Below, piece by piece: positions 1 to 12,410 of a stretch of 36,506 bases of DNA. Location: the NCBI RefSeq assembly GCF_006345805.1, contig NW_021824677.1, positions 1-36,506 of the forward strand, written 5' to 3'. Position 1 is the stretch's first letter; every line of letters begins with the position of its first letter. The translations under genes were made by a program, and so were the position numbers. Below the pieces are notes generated by a model that saw nothing but the letters and a program-made list of their open reading frames with translations, had not been told where the DNA came from and did not search any database. The DNA is from Octopus sinensis. Taxonomy: Eukaryota.

Positions 1-942
1 GTAAATTTAACATACGTTCCATTAATAGGACCTATGAATCTACTGAACGTCGATGATTTGAGTAAGCTTTATTTTGATGTTATTACAACAGATAGAACCA
101 TGTTATGTTAGAAAGGAGTCGCCTATACCTATTTAATAAGTTTACTATCAACGGTTAATAGATCAATGCTTACCATAAATCCATGCTATAATGTTGTCAG
201 TAATAACCAGTTTTTGAGCTCAGGCTGTGTGTATAGAGGTATTTAGCAGTTATATTTATATATTTACAAACGAGAACCACATAAATACTTGTATGCTACA
301 TTCAGATTTATTGATTTTTGTTCAACATAGAATTTCAAAGTATGTCTTTCATGCCTACTCTCTCTCTCTCTCTCTAATTAGTTTTTGGGCAATATTTTTA
401 TTTAAACATCTATACACGAAACTGTCATGCTGAAAAAATAAAATAATACTAGTATTGTCTTCGGAAACTCGAAAATCGTTTATAATATGCACCCATGCCT
501 GTATATTTGAAAATACTTCATTGATTGTTCCGTGATGGTAATATATAAAGAAATGTAGTATATCATACAAATATATATATATATACTGTGTTTATTAAAT
601 AGTATGTGTGTTTGAGAGAGAGAGACTAAAATAACAGATGGAGTAGGAGTGAGTGACAGAGACGCATTTATGCTGGCGAACTCTAGTAAAAGGTTTTGCC
701 CTGAAGTCACTGGTATTTTAATCAAAAGAGCAAATTTTTAGAAATAGTATTTAGTTTATCAGTTTCAAAAACACACATAGATATGTATAGGAAATTAAAT
801 ATTAGACTCTTTTGTTTTCCTTTTCCAAGTAAAGAACGACATAATTTACAGATCTTATCGATCTAAGAAATGTAAACAAATATGCGCGTAAGCACTCACG
901 CATACACACATAAATATGTACACTCTCACATACACACATATA

Positions 943-2875
943 TCATCATCATCATCATCGTTTAACGTTCGCTTTCAATGCAGGCATGGGTTGAACTGTT
1001 TGACATAGGGCTGTCCAGACTCCAATTGTCTGTTGTGACTTGGTTTCTACGGAGTGTGCTGGGTGCTTTTAATGTGCCACCAGCTTGGGTGCGTTTATGC
1101 AGCACCAGCACGGGTGCTTTTTATGTGGCACCGGCACCTGAGAGGACAAACCTGTACGTGTTGAAGACAGCGATTTTACTTAGCTTGAAGCGTACAACAA
1201 ATCGCCACATCTCCCGGCCCCTTGTCATTTCCTCAGTCTATCCCTTCCACAATAAAGCTTAGCACATCTTTACACAGCTGTCCTCATCCATACGTGTCAC
1301 ATGACCAAACCAGCGCAGTTTCCTCTCTTGTACACAATATCTGATGCCTCAGTTTTCCTCTTAAATCATTTACACTGTCGTGTATACACACTGACCTTAC
1401 CCATCCTGTGGAGCATGCTAGCTTCATTTCTTTCAAGCCTTCATAAGTCCTCTGTAGTCAAAGCCCATGTTTCACTTCCAAGTAACATAGCTGTACATAC
1501 ACAGGCATCATACAATCAGCTTTTCACTCTGAGGGAGAGGCTCTTAATTACCAACAAAGGCAGAGACTCTCTGAACTTTGCTCAGCCCATTCTTATTCTA
1601 GCAACTACACTTTCAGAACTTCCTCTGCCACTGCTAACTTGATCTATATAACGGAAGCTATCTACTACTTTTGAGCCCTCCATGCATTTGAGGGAGTCTA
1701 TTGTCTGCACAATTTTAGTGCTTATTGTTCCTGCATATTTGCCACACACAAAGACAATTTTCTTCATTATTTCCTCTGCGATACTGCTACACCTCTTAAG
1801 TGTCCAAAGTTTGCACTGAGTACAACGTATGGAGTTTCTACCAACATCCTTCTTACATATCAAACAAGGCTGTCTTCCAGAAGGGAATTGTTTGTTTTTC
1901 TACTTACAAGGACTTTGATTTTTGTTTATTAGCTCTGAGGCCCTTAGATTTCAGGTCTTGTTTCCACACCTGAAATTTCTTCTCTAGGCCAGCTAGTGAT
2001 TCAACTATAAGAGCAAGATCATCGGGGTATAGGGGCTCCCAGGGACAGCTGGTCTTGAATTCCTCTGTTAAGGCCAGGAGGACTAAGATAAACAAGAGAG
2101 GGCTGAGAACTCAACCTTGGTGAACTCCCACCTGTACACTGAATTCATTGCTATACCCATTGCCAACCTTCACCTTACTGGCAGCATCCTTGTACATAGC
2201 TTGTATCACTCTGACTAACCACTCATCTATCCTTAGCATTGACTACCAGATAAGGGAGTGAGGGATCCTGTCAAAAGCTTTCTCCATGTCAACAAAAGCC
2301 AGGTACAAAGGTTTATTTTTGGCTAAATACCTCTCCTGCAGTTGCTTGACCAAGATATACCATCAGCTGTGCTCCTACCTGAACTGTACCCCATCTATAC
2401 TAAATGCATCCCATCTACACTAAATCTCTTCCTAATTAATTGAGCTACAACCCTTTCTGGTCCAGCAATTTGATACATCTGTAATTATATCATTTTTATC
2501 ACAGGTTGTCAAAAAATTTAAGCATCTTAGTAATGATTCCTGATGAGGGAGGGGGGATTCACTTTCTTCTTATCCTTAATTGCTTTATCTACCAAGCTAC
2601 TGTCAATTTGGATAGCTGGTCCCTCAGTTGGGTCTACATTTGGCAGACACTTCTTATCCCATGCATTCTCCACATTTAGTAGTCTTTCATAATGGCATTT
2701 CCAAACCTCTTTCTTTGCAAAATCCTCAAATGGAAATGAACTATCATCCATGCAGGCACATTTCTCTCCTATGACATCATGATTTTTCTCTCACACACTG
2801 CCTTGTAATTCAAAACACTTCAAGTATCTTGTCCTCATGTTTGGAAGGGCATCCAAACAGAACATTAACAGAAAT
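943..2875 (-). mobile_element. RTE-clade LINE, decayed and internally deleted (RTE-A)
   Basis: (CAT)n at 943-959 is a (GAT)n 3' tail on the minus strand. Minus-strand fragments encode KKEVWKCHYERLLNVEN, DMEKAFDRIP, YPDDLAL, a Cys-rich CTQCKLW motif and SESVVARIR. Many stops and frameshifts. Confidence 0.9.
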
Positions 2876-2876
2876 A

Positions 2877-2877
2877 A

Positions 2878-2920
<43 letters not shown>
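2877..2920. repeat. (TG)n(TA)n microsatellite
   Basis: Direct reading of the sequence. Confidence 0.95.
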
Positions 2921-2973
2921 CATATCATCATCATCATCATCATCGTTTAGCGTCCGTTTTCCATGCTAGCATG
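2921..2973 (-). mobile_element. Short 3'-terminal fragment of the RTE family
   Basis: (CAT)n followed by CGTTTAGCGTCCGTTTTCCATGCTAGCATG, matching the termini at 943, 3622 and 21820-21859. Confidence 0.75.
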
Positions 2974-3089
2974 AGTTATATATAAATATATACATATACA
3001 CACATGCATACATACAAACCCACACACATATATATATATATATACACTCACATTTATCATTCTCTGTCTGTCTATATATATACATATAT

Positions 3090-3279
3090 ATTCTTTTACT
3101 TGTTTCAGTCATTTGACTGCAGCCATGCTGGAGCACCGCTTTTAGTTGAACAAATCGACCCCAAGACTTATTCTTTGTAAGCCTAATACTTATTCTATTG
3201 GTCTCTTTTGCTGAACCGCTAAACACACCAACATTGGTTGTCAAGCGATGGTGAGTGGGGATCAAACACAGACATACAA

Positions 3280-3328
<49 letters not shown>

Positions 3329-3503
3329 CACTCACTCACTCACTCACTCACTCACAGCTTCTTTCAGTTTCTGTCTACCAAATCCACTAACAAGGCTTTG
3401 GTTGGCCTTAGGTAATAGTAGAAGAAACTTGCCTAAGGTGCCATGCTGTTGGACTGAACCTGGAACCATGTGGTTGGGAAGCAAGCTTTTTACCACATAG
3501 GCA
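3090..3503 (-). mobile_element. tRNA-derived SINE with an internal (TG)n/(TGAG)n tract and a LINE-derived 3' tail
   Basis: Minus-strand head TGTGGTAAAAAGC...GGTTCAGTCC is A-box/B-box-like, followed by a CORE-like CACCTTAGGCAAGT. The tail GCGGTGCTCCAGCATGG..CAGTCAAATGACTGAAAC resembles the LINE end at 28311-28348. Confidence 0.85.
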
Positions 3504-3621
3504 CATTGAAATGTAGGTCAAGCGAGATTGTAGAGATACTTGGACAGAGGCATGTTGATGTATGCTGCATATAAGAGGTAAGGTGGAGAGGAACTTCAGC
3601 CAGGGTCCTCACAGGCAGGGC
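3504..3621 (+). mobile_element. Older RTE fragment (start of the APE endonuclease domain), ending at the RTE-B tail
   Basis: Translates as SSEIVEILGQRHVDVCCI*EVRWRG and is homologous to 7575-7670. Confidence 0.7.
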
Positions 3622-6047
3622 TCATCATCATCGTTTAACGTCTGCTTTCCTTGCTAGCATAGGTTGGACGATTTGACTGAGGACTGGCAAACCAGATGGC
3701 GGCACCAGACTCCAATCTTGATCTGGCAGAGTTTCTACAGCTGGATGCCCTTCCAAACACCAACCACTCAGAGAGTGTAGTGGGTGCTTTTATGTGCCAC
3801 TGGCATGAGGGTCAGTCAGGCGGTACTGGCAATGGCCATGCTCAAATGGTGTTTTTTACATGCCACCTGCACAGGAGCCAGTCCAGCAGCACTGTCAACG
3901 ACCTCGCTCGAATGTTTTTTTCATGTGCCAGTAAGGCGACACTGATAACGATCATGCTCGAATGGTGCTTTTTACATGCCACCGGCACGGAGACCAGTTA
4001 GCCGCTCTGGCAACAATCACGCTTGGATGGTGCTTCTAGAGCTCCACTAGCACGGATGCTAGTCATTGAATTTGATTTCGATTTCACTTGCCTCAACAGG
4101 TTTAGTGTCCAATGAACAAAAGGTATGCATAAGTGGGCTGGTTATGCCCCTGACATAGGCCACGAGGTTATGGTCTCATTTGGCTTGCCGGGTCTTCTCT
4201 AGCACAGCATATTTCCAAAAGTCTCTGTCACTAGTCATTGCCTCGGTGAGGCTTAATGTTCAAAGATCGTGCTTCACCACTTCATCTCAGGTCTCCCTGG
4301 GTCTACCTCTTCCACAGGTTCCCTCAACAGCTAGGGTGTGGCACTTTTTCACACAGCTATCCTCATCCACTCTTGCCACATAACCATACCAGCGCAGTCA
4401 TCTCTCTTGCACACTACATCTGATGCTTCTTTGGTCCAATTTTTCTGTCAAATATGCACACTGACATTACACATCCATTGGATCATACTGGCTTCATTCC
4501 TTGCAAGCTTACACGTGTTCTCAGCAGTCACAACCCATGATCCGCTGCCATGTAGCATGGTTGTTCGTACACATGTGTCATACAGTCTACCTTTTACTCT
4601 GAGAGAGAGAGAGGGCCTTTGTCACCAGCTCTCTGAACTTTGCCCAGGCTATTCTTATTCTAGCAGCTACACTTTCAGCGCACCCTCCCCTACTACTGAC
4701 TTGGTCACCTAGGTAACGGAAGCTATCAACTACTTCTAGTTTTTCTCCCTGAAATGTGGCACAAGTTGTTCTCTACACATTTTCAGTGTTTATTGCTCCT
4801 GAGCATCTGCCATATACAAAAACTATCTTCCCAGTTAGCTTTCCTTTGATATTACTGCACCTCTTATGTGTCCATAGCTTACACTGGGTACATCTTATAG
4901 AGTTTCTACCTACGCCTTTTCTACAGATCGAGCAGGGCCATCTACCTGAAGGGGTTTGTGGTTTGCCTGCTTTCCTACTTATTAGGACTTTGGTTTTAGC
5001 TAGGTTGACTCTAAGGCCCTTTGATTCTAATCCTTGTTTCCACACCTGAAACTTCTCCTCCAGTTCTGATAGTGACTCAGCAATTAGAACAAGTTCGTCA
5101 GCATAGAGGAGCTCCCATGGGCATCCTCTCTTGAATTCCTCTACTATTGCCTGGAGGACTATGATAAATAGGAGGGGGCTAAGGACTGAACCTTCGTGGA
5201 ACGCTACCTCCACCAGGAACTCTTCAGTGTACCCGTTGCCAACCCTCACCTTACTGACAGTGTTCCTGTTCATGGCTTGCACAGCTCTCACTAACTATTC
5301 AACTATCCCTAGTTTCCTCATTGACCACCAGATAAGGGATCAGGGGACCCTGTTAAAGGCTTTCTCCATGTCATTAAAAGCCAGGTACAGAGGTTTATCT
5401 TTGGCTAGATATTTCTCCTGCAGCTGTCTTACCAGAAATATAGCATCAGTGGTGCTTTTCCCGGACACGAAGCCAAACTGCATCTCATCTAAACTGACTC
5501 TCTCCCTAATTAGTTGGGCTATGACCCTCTCTGTGACCTTCATAACCTGAACTAACAACTTGATACCTCTGTAATTATTTATATTTAAAGTGTCACTGTT
5601 TCCTTTGTAGCAGTTGACTATAGTGCTGCTACACCAGTCATTGGGTATGAATCCTTCGTGTATCACCTGGTTAACTGTACCGGTGACTGCTTTATAGCCG
5701 ACACTGCCAGATATTTTGAGCATCTCTGCAGTGATTCCTGATGGGCAAGGAGCTTTCCCTGTCTTCATACTCTTAATTGTTTTATCTACCAAGGTACTGT
5801 CAACTCAGCTGGTCCCTCTGTTGGGTCAACATTTGGCAGACTCTCTTTCTCCCATTCATTTTCTTTATTGAGCAACCTTTCATAGTGGCGTCTCCAAACC
5901 ACTCTCTTTGCAGTCTTGGTTAGTGCAAGTGAGCCATCATCCATGCGAACAGATTTCTCTCCTACAACATTCTCTATCACACACTGTCTTGCAACATGAA
6001 ATACCACGGTGCAGAACATTGGCAGATTTTTTCTTATCTGCTTCCCT
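3622..6047 (-). mobile_element. RTE-clade LINE, 5'-truncated (RTE-B)
   Basis: (GAT)n tail and 3' UTR. RT motifs include EMQFGFVSGKSTTDAIF, DMEKAFNRVP, GSVLSPLLF and YADELVL, followed by a PHD-like Cys/His cluster. Clearly alignable to the reverse complement of 19703-21859. Confidence 0.95.
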
Positions 6048-6117
6048 GTTGTATGTTTATATATAGTTGGTTATGGTGATATCTGTGTTAGTCATATATG
6101 GAATGTGTGTTCGTATA

Positions 6118-7348
6118 CAGGGGTTGGACAAAATAATGGAAACACCTTAAAATTGCAAACAAATTTATTTTACTATGGGATTGGACTGCCTTCGGCCGTA
6201 ATTACAGCTTGAATTCTATGAGGTATGGACTTGTACAAAGTTTGAATTGTTTCCAAAGGAAATTTTGTCCATTCTTCAGCTAATACAGTCTCTAGTTCTT
6301 GTAGTGATGATAGTGGAGGATATCAACTCCTTACTTGTTTTTCTAAAATGCACCATAAATGGTCAATGATATTGAGATCTGGGGATTGTGGTGGCCAGAT
6401 AAGATGTTCAACTTCACTAGAATGTTCCTCGTGCCATTCAGTAACGACTTTAGCTATGTGAATTGCTGCATTATCATCCTGAAATATTGCATTTCCCTCT
6501 GGAAACAATTCCGCGACCATAGGATGAATTTGATCAAATAAAATGCTTAAATAGTCTTCACTATTAATTCTGCCATGAAGGGAAACCATTGGGCCACTGG
6601 ATTTCCAAGATATAGCCCCCCCCCCCAGATTTTCACAGATCCTCCTCTGTGTTTAACAGCTGGAAGAAAGCAGTCTGGGTCAAATGCTTCTTTTGGCTGT
6701 CTCCACATGTTTACTTGGTCGGTGGTCGAAAATAAGGTAAAGGATGACTTGTCTGAGAAAATAACATTCTTCCACTGCTCTAGAGACCAATTCTGTAGCT
6801 TTTTTACTCCACTCTAAATGCTTTGCAATGTTTGTTTTTGAAAGTAGTGGTTTTCTGATTGCAGCCCTCCCATGAAATCTGGCTTTGTGCAGCTCCAAGT
6901 GAACGGTTTTTGTGGAAACTGGGTTCTCGAGGTGATCATTAAGCTCTGCAGTAATTTTGGGAGCTGTACTTTTGTGATCTTTTCTAACAATTCATGTAAG
7001 AATCTGACGGTCCCTATCTGAAAGTTTTGACCTTCTTCCAGAGTTTTGTTTCGACGAGGAGTTTTTCCCTCTTTTTCAAAGGCTGTCATTACTTTTGAGA
7101 CAGTACTTCTTTATATGCCATATGAGCACCAACAATTTAACCTCTTTGAAAGTCCGATAGATCTGTCATTTTAATGAATTTTAATTATCTTTTCTGATGA
7201 TGTCTGAAAAGAAACAGCAAAACATATTAAGGAACACTAATAATAAATAAAAAAATATAAAAATAAACAAGCTTTTGATGGTTTTATAGATATTTCAAAA
7301 TTATGATGCTATGATGCTAGGTATTTCCATTATTTTGTCCAACCCCTA
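6118..7348 (-). mobile_element. Full-length Tc1/mariner DNA transposon (1231 bp) with 29-bp TIRs and a TA target duplication
   Basis: Left TIR CAGGGGTTGGACAAAATAATGGAAACACC (6118-6146). Right TIR GGTATTTCCATTATTTTGTCCAACCCCTA (7320-7348), 2 mismatches. TA at 6116-6117 and 7349-7350. Confidence 0.95.
6173..7169 (-). pseudogene. Tc1-family transposase pseudogene with DD36(E/D) spacing
   Basis: Begins MTDLSDFQRG*IVGAH, then HGRAAIRKPLL, VIFSDKSSF, FQDDNAAIH and WPPQSPDLNIIDHLW. Several frameshifts and stops. Confidence 0.9.
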
Positions 7349-7514
7349 TATGCCTGCTTACATGTCATACATATACCATTGATACTTTTGATGAGATTGA
7401 GGAAAATGCGTCAGTCATTGAGAAATAAGTATCTGTTTTCATAAGCTATTTTGAAAAACTCATTACCTGGTTACAGATGCTTAAAAACATCTTTCCAGAA
7501 ATTTAAACTAATCT

Positions 7515-9380
7515 TACTCACCTCCCCTCACTGTTCCAAAGTCCGCTTCCTCAGGCTACCGTGTTGAATGTTGCACAATGAAAGGCCTGTCCAGTGAGAT
7601 TGTTGAAATGTTAGAGCACATATGTGTAGATGTGTGCTTTGTACAAGTGATGAGATGGAGAGAAACCTCTACTAGACTTCTCTGATAGAAATCAGAAGTA
7701 TAAATTCTTCTGGGTAGGTAGCAGTGAAGGTGTTGGGGTGTAGGAATACTCTTAGCAGAGAGATGTCTAGATAAAGTGGTTGAGGCAGCCAGAGTGTGTG
7801 ATAGAATTGTTAAGCTAAGATTAGTATTAAATTATACAACAGTAATATTTAACTCAGCATATGCCCCACAACTTGGACTGAGAGATGAACTGAAGGATCA
7901 CTTCTATGAGTTCTTTCAGAAGATACCTTGTTGATGGATGACAATGACTTCACTACTGTGGCTGGTGATTTCAACAGACATGATAGGCAGTACTCCAATG
8001 GATTTCATAGTTAACATAGAGGTTATGGCTGTGATTCTGGAAATGAGGAGGAAACAAGGCTGATCGAATTTTGTGATGCTAATGACTTCTTGATCTGCAT
8101 CACTAACTTCAGAAAACTCAGCCACTTGATCACCTATGAATTTAGTGCACATAAAAGCCAGATTGACAGCATTCTCACCAGAAAACAGTTTAGTTAGATA
8201 CTTGTGAATGGAAAATCCTCTCCTGGGGAAGACTGTATTCTCCAACATAGGTTAGTTGTGACTTCCGACATACAGCTAGAGGGTCTCAGAGATGTGAACC
8301 AATCTTGTAAAGGAAGACTTGGAAGTTTAGGGTTCCTTCAAACAGTCAGAAATTTAATAGCATACTAATAAAAGCATTTGATGAAAAGGAATTCCAGCAA
8401 GATCAAGGGTGATGTGGTGGTGGAACAGGGAAATAGAGAGAGCAATAAAATGTGAAGTTTCGGTGTTGGCAGATTTGGAATAATAGGGACAGCAGAGAAC
8501 TTTATCAGGTAGCTAGAAGACAGGGCTATTTAGCAAAAGGAGAGCTAGAAAAGAAGAGGTTTGCCAATGCTCTACACCACAAGGATCAAAGGTATGAGAT
8601 GTTCCAGTTTGCAAGGAACAAATCAAGATGTGGGGGAGAAATGTGTATGGAAAGTTGATGGCATGCTTGCATTTAGTGATCGTGGAAAGGAGGCATGCAA
8701 GTACTATTATGAATGGTTTTTAAGTGTGGAAAGTGCATGTGAGGAAGAGTCTTGGTCCAGGCATTCATGTTGATAGTATTATAAGCTTATTATCATGATG
8801 ATTGAGAAAATCCCTGGTCCATCAGGAATGAGCCCTAAAATGCTTAAAATATTTGGCAGTGTAGGATGGACCTAGTCATTCGTATAGTTAATCAGGTTGT
8901 ACAGAAAGGCATCATACCAAATAATTGGTGTAGCAGCATTATAGTCAACTGTTACAAGGGTAAAGGAGAGTCCTCAGAAAGAAGTAATTGCAAAGGTATC
9001 AAATTACTGGACCAGGTTACAAAAGTCACTGAAAAAGTCATGGGTCAGCTAACTAGAGAGTTTATCTAGATGAGATGCTGTTTAGTTTCATGCCAGAGAA
9101 GCACTACCAATACTCTCTCTGTAGTTCAGCAATTACAGAACTATTTAGAAAAAATAAATCACCTTTTGCTAAGTACTCATCTGGTGGTCACTGTGAAAGC
9201 AAGAAGTAGATGAATGTGATGCAGATGGCTGAGGCCAGTTGTATTAAGAAGTACCAATCATTAAACATGGAAGAAACCTGTGGCAGATGTGGGACAAAGT
9301 GGTCTCTCAGAGTAGATGAAGGATTAGGATGAATGGTGATATACTGTGCTTGAGAAGAGCTGTCCATCTCAGCAGAACTG
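7515..9380 (+). mobile_element. Highly decayed RTE-clade LINE (RTE-C): APE domain to RT start, with a deleted 3' part
   Basis: ATVLNV..TMKGLSSEIVEML APE start, DANDFLIC, QHRLVV, WCSSIIVNCYKGKG and GIKLLDQV remnants. Boundaries are approximate. Confidence 0.8.
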
Positions 9381-9516
9381 AAACTCCATCAAACCTTCCC
9401 CAACAACTCATCTTCTGACACCCACTCTTCCATCAATCTTCTCTGTTAACATATTTTCTGTACTTCTCCCTACACTGGACTGATAACCTCTGCAGTCAAC
9501 TCATTTCCTATCTCTA

Positions 9517-11720
9517 ATCATCATCATCATTATCATCATTTAATGTCTGCTTGCCATGCCAGAATGGGTTGGGTAGTTTGACAGGAGCCAGCCACCAACC
9601 ACTCTGCAGAGTGCACTGAGTGCTTTTCGTGTGGCACCAGCACATGTGAGGTCAGTTTTGGCATGGTTTTTACAGCTGGATCTCCTTCCAAATGACAACC
9701 ACTTTACAGTGTGGACTGAATGCTTTTTGTGTGGCACCAGCACCAGAAGAGTCACCAAGTAACTTGAAGACAAGGAATTTTGAGAGGGGAGGGGGCATTG
9801 GAGGAGGTGATCTTGTGTCAGATAATGAAAGGTTAGTGTGTGACAGACACACAAAAGCAGGTTTCTTGCTATAGAGGAGGTACATGGTTATCTGTCCAAA
9901 GAGAGAGAATGGGAAAGAGGGGTAACAAGGAAGAGGACAGAAACAGGTGTGCTGATGTAAAGGAGATACTTGGTTACCTATCTAGAGGGAAGAGTAAGAG
10001 AAGGAGGGAGAGAGAGAGATCAAGAATGAGGGCAGGAACAGGTGTTCTGCTGTAGAGGAGATACATGGCTACCCAGCCAGAGGAAAGAGCAAGGATGAGA
10101 GAGAGAGTGTGAGACAGTAAAAGTGCAAGATAGAGCAGGAGAGAGAGGTAGGTGAAGTACCAGGGTATACTCACAAGGAACAAGGATCAGAGCATAGATG
10201 GGATGGTAGAGTAAGGAAGAGAAAGATAAATGGTGGCAGTTGCCAGGACATGCCCTCGGTACGGGGGTGTCATGATATACGTGGCCAGGTATTGGCAAGT
10301 AGGGGTGGGATTACAGTGATTAGTGAGAATGTGGATATAAAGTGGTGGGAGGGAAGCAGTGAGCAGGGCAGTGAGAACAAGGATGGAGAATGGGAGATAA
10401 TCATAGTGTATGAAGAGGAAATGTGAGGAAGAAAAAGATGCAGTTTAGAAGAGATGATGTAGTTTGGTTTCTTAGGGTAGGGTGTGTGAATATTTTATTG
10501 CTACATGTGGGTGGGACACAATGCTTCTAGCACTCAGTTTCATTGATATGGGTGGGTCTTCTCTAGAACCTCATATTGCCAGACATCTTGTTCCATTTTC
10601 ATTTCCTTCATAAGCACTAACATCCTGAAATCAGCCCTCACTACTTCATCCCGCGTCTTCCTTGGTCTCCCTTTTCTATAGGTACCATCCACTTTCAGTA
10701 CCACTGTACATAGTTTGTACAGCTCTAGCAATCTACCCCTCTACTCCTCGCTTCTTAAGAGACTACCAGATAACAGAGCGGGGAACTCTGTCAAAAACTG
10801 TCTCCAGGTTGATGAAAGCTAAGTACAGTGGTTTACTTTTGGTCAAATACTTTTCTTGCAACTGTCTCACTAGGAAGATGGCATCCGTGGCACTCCTCCC
10901 AGGAACAAAACCAAACTGCATCTCATCTAGTTTAATTTTATTTCTAATTACTTGAACTATAACTTTCTCCGTAACTTACATGACCTGGTCCAGCAGTTTC
11001 ATACCTCTGTAGTTGTTTCTATCTAAGGCATCACCTTTATCCTTATAGCAGTTAGCTATAATACTACTACAGCAGTCATTGGGGATGATACCTTCCTGAA
11101 TAACCTGATTAACTATGCAAGTGACTAGGCTGTATTCCACACTGCCAGATATTTTAATCATCTCAGCAGTGATACCCAGTGAAAATGAAGGCAGATTTCC
11201 CTGCCTTCATTTTCTTAATTGCCTTGTCTATTATACTGCTATCAACTCTGATGGCTGGTGCCTCAATTGGTTTGATATTTGAAAGACTCTCTCCTTCTCC
11301 CATTTATTTTCCACATTTAATAACCTTTCATACTGACACTTCCACACATCTTTCTTCTTTAAGTTACTAAGTGCAAGCATACCATTATCCATTCGCTCAC
11401 ATTTCTCACCCAGCACATCTCTATTCTCTTTGATACACTGCTTTGCAATCCTGAACTCCTCCCACCTCTGATCTTCATGTTGTAAAACATTGGCAAACCT
11501 CTTACCTTCTGCTATTCATTTTGGTATTTAAATCTGTCACCTAGCTTTCCTTTTGGCTCCCTGATATAATTCTCTGCTTCCACTATTTTCCAGTCTTTCC
11601 AGGCCAGTCTCTTTGCTTTTATAGCACTGTCCACCTTCTCCACCACCATGCCACTCATGGTCTAGCTGGGACTTTACATCAGCCAAGATTTGGTCAGTGT
11701 CCCTCTCCACTGACCAAATT
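9517..11720 (-). mobile_element. Decayed RTE-clade LINE (RTE-D) with a long purine-rich 3' region and a deleted RT core
   Basis: (CAT)n tail at 9517. Minus-strand remnants KGRPRKTRDEVV, NYRGMKLLDQVM and YERLLNVEN. The RT catalytic region is lost at a deletion near 10700. Confidence 0.8.
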
Positions 11721-12029
11721 GTCCCACAGGAACTTCCAGTTGTCCTCTAAGCCATGTCCCCACCTCCCCTTCTCTGTCATTTGTCACACTATTTTCACTC
11801 AGTATACTTACCTATACATCCACCTTTTCTGCTTTTCTATCCTCTTCTGTCTCATATTCACATTGTACCTGGAACTCAAATTTGTTTCTTTCTCTCATTC
11901 TTTCTTCTCACTTTTCAGATAGATAAGCCATGTATTCACATTTTCAACAAAATAACCTGCTCCTCTCCTATCATAGGTTCTTATTCCTCTATTCTATACC
12001 CAGCTCAGTTGAGAGGACTTATCTTACAG

Positions 12030-12210
12030 CTATTTGGCAGCCTCACTGGTGCTGATGTCATGTAAAACGCACCCAGTACTCTGTTAAGTAGTTGGTATTA
12101 GGAACAGCATCCAGCTGTAGGAACCATACCAAACCAGGCAGAGCCCCCTGATTTGTCTGTTCTTCAACTCATGCTAGCTTGGAGAAGAAAAGACATTAAA
12201 TGATGATGAT
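12030..12210 (+). mobile_element. RTE-family 3' UTR/tail fragment
   Basis: GCATCCAGCTGTAG and CATGCTAGC..GACATTAAATGATGATGAT match the RTE 3' ends elsewhere in the window. Confidence 0.7.
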
Positions 12211-12410
12211 ATGACATAATAGGAAAATGGAATTTCAAATGTTAAAGATTTTGAAAATAAGCAACCAGTATAAATTGGGAAACTGCAGCCAGCCAAAAAT
12301 TGAGACAAAAGTGACTTTGAAATATATGTTCAAATGATTATGAAATAAGTGATATAATGTTAGAAATGCTTTTGCTAATTTTTTATTTTTATTTTTTACT
12401 GTTCTTTTAG

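Noticed and set aside
355-570. Minus-strand ORF with faint resemblance to a small-GTPase segment (FSNIQAWVHII..IIL) and an ART-like DSFVYRCLNK
   Set aside because: No G-box motifs, no consistent splice boundaries, and it ends in a (GA)n tract. Chance similarity is likely.
3420-3503. tRNA-like A/B boxes (also 18012-18022)
   Set aside because: These are SINE heads: no cloverleaf or acceptor stem, and they continue into SINE bodies.
6067-6086. AG|TTGGTTATGGTGATATCTGT|GTTAGT: a possible micro-exon encoding the K+ channel signature VGYGDI
   Set aside because: Only 20 nt. Its pyrimidine tract is mostly RTE-B sequence, no other channel exons are seen, and the empty-site frame is not channel-like.
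11919-12065. Strong TTTTCAG acceptor followed by an open frame
   Set aside because: No good donor, and the frame runs into an RTE 3' UTR fragment and a stop. Probably cryptic.
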